DNA of 63,860 nt, filler included, from Chrysochromulina tobinii (taxonomy: Eukaryota), in assembly GCA_001275005.1 (NCBI GenBank). It is 6 parts of 6 records of this genome, joined end to end, with 100 filler letters (N's around TTAATTAATTAA, not from the genome) between each part and the next. Parts side by side here need not be neighbours in the genome. Positions count along the whole stretch, not along the records: positions 1 to 20,512 come from JWZX01000797.1; positions 20,613 to 37,382 come from JWZX01000799.1; 4 more parts are not named here. One strand, 5' to 3'. Numbering within the stretch: position 1 is the stretch's first letter; the number at the start of each line of letters is the position of its first letter. Position numbers and translations under genes: made by a program. Positions 20,217 to 28,073 of the stretch are shown here, piece after piece. Under the pieces are notes generated by a model. The model saw only the letters and a program-made list of their open reading frames with translations. It was not told where the DNA came from and did no database searches.

Positions 20217-20512
20217 TCGAATGTGATCGGACGGACCGTGGGACGGCAGTGGGACGGACGCTCCGGAGCGGATGCCCGGAGCGGATGGGCTGAAACTGGG
20301 CAAGATGCTCGGCACGATGCTGGACAGTCAGTCAGTTACAATGGACCCCAGTCCTGTACAGCTACGAGGAAGCGTGCGTACACCTCCACACCGTCAGAGA
20401 CGTACAGACGTTGACCAATGTTCAGTAAGTAAGTAAGTAAGTAACTCACGCCTATCGGCAGCGTACACGTGGCGAGAGGGATACCCCCAGGCATACTAAG
20501 CGTGTACGGTGG

Positions 20513-20612
20513 NNNNNNNNNNNNNNNNNNNNNNNNNNNNNNNNNNNNNNNNNNNNTTAATTAATTAANNNNNNNNNNNNNNNNNNNNNNNNNNNNNNNN
20601 NNNNNNNNNNNN
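20513..20612. other. Artificial contig-joining spacer (N44-TTAATTAATTAA-N44)
   Basis: 100-nt N run with a six-frame stop linker. Identical spacers recur four more times. Confidence 0.97.
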
Positions 20613-22276
20613 GGAGGGTCGCGCTGGCGCTGGGCGACGACTTTGGCGTGCTCTTCGTCGCGCTGTCGTACCGGTGGCTCACAAAGGAGCACCCCGACCC
20701 GGACGGCTTCCACCTCGGCATCGTGGCGTCGGTCGCCGAGCTCTACCTCAACCCGAGGGGGTGGACAGATGAATATGGGCTTGACCAATATTCGCAGCTC
20801 GCCGAGGCGTTCCGGGAGCACGGGCTCGGCCTCCCCGAGTTCGCGCTGTTCTGGGACTTTGCGAGCCTGCACCAGCCGCCGCGCACTGACGCCGAGGCGA
20901 AGCTCTTCCCCAAGGGCCTGCAGAACTCCAATGTGTGGTATGGCCACGCGCGCACCGTCGTGTGGATGCAGAGCGAGCTGCCCGAGGGGTTTGCGGCGCG
21001 GATGCGGGCGAGCGAGCCGCCCCTCGCGGAGACGTACGAGGACTCGGGCTGGTGCTACGTCGAGGCCGCCATCAGCGCCGCCATCAAGCCCGGCTTCCTG
21101 CGCCTCGACCTGGCCAAGCGTACGGAGCGGGCGATGGCGTGCGCCTACGGGCCCGGGGAGCCGTGGGATGAATCCGACGACTTGCTCGCGCGCGTGTGCG
21201 CGCGGCGTCGGCCGCCGCCGCCGTCGCCGGAAACGGTCCGGCGCCTGCTGCAGACGGAGAAGCGCTTCACCAACTCGTCCGACGTGAGCAAGGTCGCGGA
21301 CCTGTACGCGACCTTCTTCGGCAAGGTCACCAACGTTGGCGAGCTCAAGTTCGAAGGGCTCGAGTGGGGCGACGCCGACGTCGTCAAGCTGTGCGAGGTG
21401 CTGCCCCGCTTTGCGGTCTTGAGGACGCTCGACCTCTCCGAGAACAAGATCGGTCCGGAGGGTGCATCCGCACTAGGCGAGGTGCTCAAGGTCAACGCGG
21501 TGATGACCGAGCTCGAGCTCGGCGGCAACGAGATCGGCGACGAGGGTGCCAAGGCGATCGCGGAGGCACTGAAGGTCAACGCGGTGATGACCGAGCTCCA
21601 GCTCGGCGGCAACAAGATCGGCGACGAGGGTGCCAAGGCGATCGCGGAGGCGCTGAAGGTCAACGCGGTGTTGACCTCGGTGGACCTCCAGTACAACTCC
21701 ATCGGCCACGATGGTGCAAAGGCGATCGCGGAGGCACTGAAGGTCAACGCGGTGGTGACCACCCTCGTCCTCAGGGGCAACAACATCGGGGATGAGGGTG
21801 CCATCGCGATCGCGGAGGCGCTGAAGGTCACGGCGGTGATGACCACCCTCGACCTCGTAGGCAACAACATCGGGGTTGAGGGTGCCAAGGCGATCGCGGA
21901 GGCGCTGAAGGTCAACGCGGTCTTGACCGAGCTGTCCCTCTATCGCAACAACATCGGCGACGACGGTGCCAAGGCGATCGCGGAGGCACTGAAGGTCAAC
22001 GCGGTGGTGACCGCCCTCGGCCTCGGAGGCAACAACATCGGGGATGAGGGTGCCATCGCGATCGTGGAGGCGCTGAAGGTCACGGCGGTGGTGACCACCC
22101 TGGGCCTGAGCAGCAACAACATCGGGGACGAGGGAGCCACCGCGATCGCGCAGGCGCTGAAGGTCAACGCGGTCCTGACCAAGCTCAACCTCAAGTACAA
22201 CAGCATGGGAGATGCAGGGGAAAAAGCATTGCGAGACGCGGTGAAGGACCGGAGTGGATTTGAGTTGGAGCTGTAG
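20613..22276 (+). CDS. HET-like domain plus ribonuclease-inhibitor-type LRR (NLRC3-like) protein, 5'-truncated
   Basis: ALSYRWLTKEHPDP, LFWDFASLHQ and YEDSGWCYVE motifs, then ~10 28-aa LRRs (L.L.GNNIGDEGAKAIAEALKVNAVLT). The frame is open back to the contig start. Confidence 0.9.
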
Positions 22277-23071
22277 AAAATGATTGTGCGAGCACTGTGA
22301 ACATGTGTGGATCGCTGTTTTGGGTTCTGTGAAGATATTTCCTAATTTGGCAGCTGCCTTAAAAGGCGTTTTCAATAGGGTGCTGAAAAATTTACGCAAA
22401 GCGAGCGCGCGCTTCCACAGAGAAGTTCGCCTGAAAACACGCGAGGAGTGCTCGAGAAAATTGCTCGCCATGCTGGCCTTCTTCCAGACATCCGCGGCGC
22501 ACACGAAGGTCTCTCAAGCTCGCAGCTCATGAATAACATCGACGACGCCAAGAGCGCCCTCCGAGTCACCCTCCGAGCCGTCGCCAAGCCCGGACTCGCG
22601 ATCGAGCTGTGACGGCTGGCGCCCTAAGCCACGGCACGACGGCTGCCCATAGGTGCCTGTGCACCGCCTGCGCGCGTACCAGCCCGCCCGCCCGGTCAAT
22701 CTGGCCAAGATGGCGCGCAAGTGCGCACAACAGCGCTGGAGGCTGGCTGCAAACGCGCATCGCCAAGCAGGTGCGTGCTACGCTCGGTGACGCACCTGAG
22801 GGCTGGCTTTGTCACGCACCTCGACGTGTGCTACTGTACAAGGACGCCTTTTCACGTGCTCGAGGCCAGTCGGCGCCGCGTCACGCTCGCCGAGATGACC
22901 TGCGAAGAAAACACCCGCGCTGCAGTCGCGTAAACTACGCAGTAAGCAACGCAGACATATCGATCCTTCAGAGCACGAAAAACGCCACGACCCGCACGAC
23001 CCACGTCCGAGGAGAGCTGTATAAATAGAGTAAACGCTCGCCAGACGAGATGCGCCCACAGATCGCAACAG

Positions 23072-23551
23072 TCACGCAACCTTAATCGCGGCCCACCTTA
23101 TAGTTGGGTCCCTAAATAGTATAGGCGTTCTCTTTAGCTGCCCTTGGTCACTCCAAGTCCAAGTCGCCTCGCACACCTCGCTGAGGGCGCGGCGAAGCTG
23201 CCGATGCAGCCTGGGCGCGCCGAGATGTGCAGCTGCACGGTGAACGCTGCGCGCGCGCTGCGCGTCCCACGCGCCTCGGTCCAGCAGCAGCGAGACTAGC
23301 GCCGCCGCAAACTCGTCGCTTGTGCGCGCGATCGCGATCGCGCCGGGCGAGCGTGCCGTCAGTAGCCCGCGAGCGCCCAGGTGCGGCGTCGTCACGAGCG
23401 GTACCGCATGGCCCAGGGCTAGCATGCATTCGGTCGCGAGGCCTGAAGGCATAAGCACCGGTGCCGCGAGCACACGAGCCTCGAGCATCGCTGGACTCAA
23501 ATCCTCCACTCGTCCGAGCGACTCGACGCCCTCGGCACGTGACTCGCGCAC
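23072..23551 (-). pseudogene. Orphan C-terminal fragment of a GT4/GT-B glycosyltransferase-like gene
   Basis: ARVLAAPVLMPSGLATECMLALGHAVPLVTT..GARGL..IARTSDEFAAALVSLL.D..W resembles the GT4 nucleotide-sugar-binding domain. No in-frame upstream exon found. Confidence 0.55.
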
Positions 23552-23808
23552 CTGATGAGGGGGATAAGGGGCGCTGTGGAGAGCACTTGTATGCAGCTTA
23601 ATGTCCTCGGCACGTGACTCGCGCACCTGCACTCAGAGCCAATCAACGGTGATCCGAGTCAGTGGCCATCAATGGCCATCAGTGAGCTCGCGCACCTCCG
23701 CGCGGTCCTCATCAGATACTCATCAGATACTCATATTGATAGGTCATCAGAGGCCATCAGAGCTCAGAGGTCATCAGAGATCATCAGAGGTCATCAGAGC
23801 TCGCGCAC
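23552..23808 (-). repeat. Stack of three intron-like insertions, each starting at a copy of AG|GTGCGCGAG
   Basis: CTCGCGCACCT occurs four times (~23543, 23618, 23688, 23800). A 25-nt direct repeat lies at 23530-23554 and 23605-23629. Fillers are CTGATGACCT-type and the stack ends in CCCTCATCAG. Confidence 0.75.
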
Positions 23809-23967
23809 CTCCTTAGAGTAGTGAAAGTATGTCCCCCCCTAGAATTTAGAAAAGTGCGCCCGGTGTGCTCGGGCCTGAATACAACCTCGACGACGTCGGA
23901 ACGTATTACCGGAAAAGCAGGGAAAAGTGCGAAAACACCGGTCCCGCGCGCGCGGTCCCCGCACTGG

Positions 23968-25923
23968 TCAAGCATCCATCTCACCTGCTCCTCCTTCCTC
24001 ACCTTCCATGTCAGCCTCGTCCTCGGACGACACGGAGTCTGCTGCTGCAGTGGGCGCAAGGAGCGCCCGGCGCCCAAGCGGAGGCAGTCCACTTGCGGGC
24101 TTCCAGCGCACATACTTACGCAGCGGGGCGCAGTGCATCGCCGGCGCCTCGCGCACGGCTGTCGCCCAATCGCCGCTCGCCGCAAAGCCCGCCAAGATCT
24201 GAAAGACGGCAAGGCAAGTGAGGCTCGTCTTGCGCACACTCACGAGATCGTCCAGCGGCAGCCGCGCCGCGCGCACACCGTGCGCCTCAGCTACGCGCAG
24301 GGCCTCGCCCACCCGATCGGATGTGTTCACGTAGTCGACGAGGCCGCCGATGACGAGCACGTCGGTGGCGCCGATGCTTTGGAGCACCTGCTCCGCATCC
24401 GCGCTGAGGTACACGACGGCGCCCAGCTCGAAGGCGTGCCACGGCGCTTCGGGGATGCGGGCGAGGGTCCATCGATCCCAAGCGTGCGTGGCGAGGGCGG
24501 CGGCGATGGGAGGATGCGTTTCACACCCGAGCCCGCACGCGGCCAGTCGAAAGGGCGCGCGCAGCTGTCGGTTGTACCCGAAGACCTGCGCGAGCTGCTT
24601 CGCGAGCGCCGCGCACTCAGCCTCGTGCATCAGCGCACCAAAGGAGCCTAAGTCGAAGGCAACGGTCGCGCTATGCGCGGCGGCCGCCAGTGCTGCCTCG
24701 CCCTTCCGCTGCCGCCTCGACTGCCTCTGCACCGCACACACGAAGAGTGAGAGGCAGACGCCGCCGCCCGCGATGCCCGAGGGCGCGACGCGGATGCTCA
24801 CGCGCGCAGCAGAGGCCGGCTCTCCTGGCGCCGTCGCGGGCGGCTCTGATGGCGCCGTCGCGGGCGGCTCGGCTGGCGCCGTCGCGGGCGGTTCTGATGG
24901 CGCCGCCGGCGACGGCGCCGGCAAGGGCGCCACCAGCAATGCCGATGCCTCCAGCGACGTCGGCATCGTACCATCGGGCTTAGCGACCGGACGCGTCGCC
25001 GTTACGAGTGGCGCACTTGAGCCCTCCGTCTGGATCTGGTAAAAGGTGGTGATGAGCCCTGGCGATTCGGGCGCATCGCCCTTGCCAAGCGTAGCAGCCA
25101 CACAGCCAGCTCGCTCAAAGGCGCGGATCACCTCGGCGGCGTTGCTAAAGGTGGCCGAGGTGTCGGTTGCTCGGTCGCGGAAAGCCATCAGGCACACGCG
25201 CGGCGGCCCGCATGCCGATGCGCCAGCTACGGCGCTCGAGCTCGGTGGCGAATGCAGCAGCCCGGCAACGGTCGCGACGAAGGGCTCGACGAGGTCACGC
25301 AGCCACACGCACTCGGCCGCCAACACCACCTCGGCTTCCCGAGCGTCGTTAGGGTGCATCTGCTCCTCGAGAGGGCCGAGCCAATTCAGCGCTTGGGCAG
25401 CGATGGAGCCCGTGCCCACCTTGACCGCGCCGCGCCACGCGCGCCCTACGGCCGGTGCCTCCGCCTCCGCCGCTCCGGACGGGTAGGTGCCGTTTTGAGC
25501 GTCCACGCCGGCGCCGGCGTTGGCCTGGACGTTGGCGGCGAGCGTCGTGGACACAACCGCGGGTACATCGGTCACGAGGACGTGAGCTCCGGCCGCCGCG
25601 GCGCACAGGCCAAGCAGACCTATCCCCGAGCCGAGCTCGACGACCCGACGGCCACGCAATGTGCTCGTGAGCCAGCTGTGCGGGCTCGGCTGCCGTAGCA
25701 GCTCGATACAAGCCCAGGAGCCCTCCCACATCAGGCTGCCCGTCGACGCAGCGACCGAGTAGTCCGCGTCAAAGAAGCACGGATCCACCTGGTCCCATTC
25801 TTCCTCAATGTTCCGGCGCTGCACCACCAGACGAACGCCATGCACCGTGGCCGTCACCGCCACCGACGCGCAGCCACCACCGACCTGCACCGCCGTCGGC
25901 GGCGCCGTCAACGTCGACACCAT
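23968..25923 (-). CDS. Fusion: Methyltransf_16 (METTL21-like) domain plus TRM10-type SPOUT tRNA m1G9 methyltransferase
   Basis: STGSLMWEGS, RRVVELGSGIGLLG, VLVTD, LNW, AAECVW. Then VAFDLGSFGALMHEAE..LAKQL...YN, VVYLSADAE, VLVIGGLVD, ARLPL and LT..VFQIL....DW..A. A terminal intron 23839-23984 with stop at 23813 is possible. Confidence 0.88.
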   Translation of the reverse strand: MVSTLTAPPTAVQVGGGCASVAVTATVHGVRLVVQRRNIEEEWDQVDPCFFDADYSVAASTGSLMWEGSWACIELLRQPSPHSWLTSTLRGRRVVELGSGIGLLGLCAAAAGAHVLVTDVPAVVSTTLAANVQANAGAGVDAQNGTYPSGAAEAEAPAVGRAWRGAVKVGTGSIAAQALNWLGPLEEQMHPNDAREAEVVLAAECVWLRDLVEPFVATVAGLLHSPPSSSAVAGASACGPPRVCLMAFRDRATDTSATFSNAAEVIRAFERAGCVAATLGKGDAPESPGLITTFYQIQTEGSSAPLVTATRPVAKPDGTMPTSLEASALLVAPLPAPSPAAPSEPPATAPAEPPATAPSEPPATAPGEPASAARVSIRVAPSGIAGGGVCLSLFVCAVQRQSRRQRKGEAALAAAAHSATVAFDLGSFGALMHEAECAALAKQLAQVFGYNRQLRAPFRLAACGLGCETHPPIAAALATHAWDRWTLARIPEAPWHAFELGAVVYLSADAEQVLQSIGATDVLVIGGLVDYVNTSDRVGEALRVAEAHGVRAARLPLDDLVSVRKTSLTCLAVFQILAGFAASGDWATAVREAPAMHCAPLRKYVRWKPASGLPPLGRRALLAPTAAADSVSSEDEADMEGEEGGAGEMDA

Positions 25924-26107
25924 TTATGCCTCGTGCTCGCGCATTTTTCCAAACGCGGTACTGTACACAGATCACAGCTCTTCTTGAGGCTCTGCAGAGA
26001 AACCTCAGGGACGTGTCACGGCCCGAGCGCCATCAGCGGAGAAGTGAACTCTGTGCTGTGCTGTGGAATGTTACCGGTAAATGGTTGCCGACCGGTAGCA
26101 AAAATCC

Positions 26108-27802
26108 ATGCCGCCTCGTGGAAAGGCGCCCGCGCGTGGCGGTGCCAAATCGCTCTTAGGGGCGGCGGACCTGGCCAAGGCTTCGCCCGCACGCGCCAAG
26201 GCATCGCCCGCACGCGCCAAGGCTTCGCCCGCACGCGCCAAGGCATCGCCCGCACGCGCCAAAGCATCGCCGGCACGCGCCAAGTCTCCTGCGAAGGCCA
26301 AGTCACCGGCTCGCGCACCCCGCTCGTCCCCACCGACGAAGCTGGAGCCGAGCGTTTACGAGACGGAGCTCAAGGGCTGGCAGACGAGCACGGCGCCAGC
26401 GGCGCACAGCGAGTACGAGTTCGGCGGCCCGCTCGGCGCTGTCGCCATCATTATCTTTCTGCCGCTCGTCGTGTACATGCTCTACTTTGGGTGCACCAAA
26501 GCGGATTGCGTCACAAAGTGGAGCGATGCGTACGAGTTGCCGTTGAAGCTGTACGCCGGGCTGACCGGCCCGAACAGCCCTTCGCTGTGGTCGTGGAAGG
26601 CCTTCCTCGCCGTCTTCCTCTGGATCAAGCTGCACTTTATTCTCTACCGCGTGCTCCCGGGCGCAACGGTGCCGGGCGTCAAGCTGGCCGACGGCTCGCA
26701 CCTGAACTATTACATCAACGCGCACCTGGCCTTTTGGCTGTGCGTGGCCGTGTTCGTCGTGCTGCCTGCTGCTGGCCTCTACTACAAAGAGCCCTCCACC
26801 ATCACCCTGTCGCTCGTGTACGACCACTACCTCGAGCTCACCAGCGCGGCTATCGCCTACTCGTTCGCGATGGCCGCGTACTGCTACGCGGCCTCCTTCC
26901 GGCGCGGCGAGCTGCTTGCGGCGGGTGGACAGACCGGCAACGCAGTGTACGACTTCTTCATCGGGCGCGCGCTCAACCCGCGCATCGGCATGCTCGATCT
27001 GAAGGTCGCGTGTGAGTTGCGCCCGGGTCTCATCGGATGGATGCTTCTCAACCTGGGCATGGCGTTCAAGCAGTACGAGCGTGACGGGACCGTCTCGGGC
27101 TCGATGATAGCCGTCAACTTGGGCCAGGCGTACTACGTGTGGGATGCGCTCGCCAATGAGCAAGCGATCCTCACCACCATGGACGTCACCACCGACGGCT
27201 TCGGCTTCATGCTCGCCTTTGGCGACCTCGCGTGGGTGCCCTTCACTTATTCACTGCAGGTGCGCGCCCGCCGCCGCCACCGCCCGCCGCTCGCCCGCAG
27301 CTGCTCGCCCGTAGCTGCCATCATTAACGCAACGCTCACCCCTCGCTCTCCCTCGCTTTCCTCCCAGGCGCGCATCCTCGTCGACCACGACCCGCAGCTG
27401 CCCTGGTGGGCTCTCGTCCTGGTCCTCGCTCTCAACGTCCTCGGGCTCTGCATCTTCCGCGGCGCCAACTCAGAGAAGGATGCCTTTCGGCGCAACCCGA
27501 ACGCCCCCGAGGTGGCGCACCTGCAGTTCCTTCCGACCAAGCGCGGCACGCGCTTGCTCACTTCCGGCTGGTGGGGCATGGCGCGCAAGATCAACTACAC
27601 GGGCGACTGGCTCATGGGCCTCTCATGGTGCCTGACCTGCGGAGGCGCCTCGCCCGTCGCCTATTTTTACGCCATCTATTTCGCAGTGCTCCTGATCCAC
27701 CGCGCGGTGCGCGATGACCACTTCTGCTCTGTCAAGTACGGTGCAGACTGGGAGACGTACAAGCAGAAGGTGCCCGCTGTCTTCGTGCCGGGCATCATCT
27801 GA
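26108..27802 (+). CDS. ERG24: Delta(14)-sterol reductase (ERG24/LBR/TM7SF2 family); in-frame intron 27260-27367
   Basis: YEFGGPLG, YDFFIGRALNPR, DLK..ELRPGLIGW, TTMDVTTDGFGFMLAFGDLAWVPFTYSLQ|ARIL, IFRGANSEK and SGWWGMARKINYTGD motifs. Confidence 0.95.
   Translation: MPPRGKAPARGGAKSLLGAADLAKASPARAKASPARAKASPARAKASPARAKASPARAKSPAKAKSPARAPRSSPPTKLEPSVYETELKGWQTSTAPAAHSEYEFGGPLGAVAIIIFLPLVVYMLYFGCTKADCVTKWSDAYELPLKLYAGLTGPNSPSLWSWKAFLAVFLWIKLHFILYRVLPGATVPGVKLADGSHLNYYINAHLAFWLCVAVFVVLPAAGLYYKEPSTITLSLVYDHYLELTSAAIAYSFAMAAYCYAASFRRGELLAAGGQTGNAVYDFFIGRALNPRIGMLDLKVACELRPGLIGWMLLNLGMAFKQYERDGTVSGSMIAVNLGQAYYVWDALANEQAILTTMDVTTDGFGFMLAFGDLAWVPFTYSLQVRARRRHRPPLARSCSPVAAIINATLTPRSPSLSSQARILVDHDPQLPWWALVLVLALNVLGLCIFRGANSEKDAFRRNPNAPEVAHLQFLPTKRGTRLLTSGWWGMARKINYTGDWLMGLSWCLTCGGASPVAYFYAIYFAVLLIHRAVRDDHFCSVKYGADWETYKQKVPAVFVPGII
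26172..26320 (+). repeat. 21-nt tandem repeat encoding (AKASPAR)n
   Basis: GCCAAGGC(T/A)TCGCCCGCACGC, about 5 copies plus degenerate AKSPA units. Confidence 0.9.
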
Positions 27803-28073
27803 GCGTACGTAAGCATGCACAGGGAGGGATCTCAATTGGATCTCCAGCTCTCTCGCACGAAAGACTCGTTGCGCTGTCGGAGCGCGCGAGACGAAGGAAA
27901 TGCCGTGAAGGACGGAAGAGGGAGAGAGAGAGAGAGAGAGAGGAGCACTTATTCTTATTTGGCTTTTGGGTACGTGTTGTGAAGATAGCCTGCTCCCATG
28001 TGCTCCCACTTCAAGAGAGGAACTTACTGTGGAACGCTCATTCACACTCCTGGTCGAACGGTTTCCAGCGCGG

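Noticed and set aside
20513..20612. TTAATTAATTAA palindrome inside N runs (five occurrences) as a biological site or piggyBac TTAA
   Set aside because: It is a standard six-frame-stop linker used to concatenate contigs.
22284..23070. Several short ORFs between the LRR gene and the GT fragment
   Set aside because: No recognisable motifs or consistent coding frame.
27260..27367. ERG24 intron (and 42049-42205) as members of the duplicated-flank family
   Set aside because: Only a short CAGG(T/C)GCGC similarity at most and no CTGAT filler, so they are treated as ordinary introns.
27921..27942. (GA)n microsatellite; also (AGTA)n at ~20425-20443 and GCC/GGC runs
   Set aside because: Ordinary simple repeats or poly-Gly/Pro/Ala codons.
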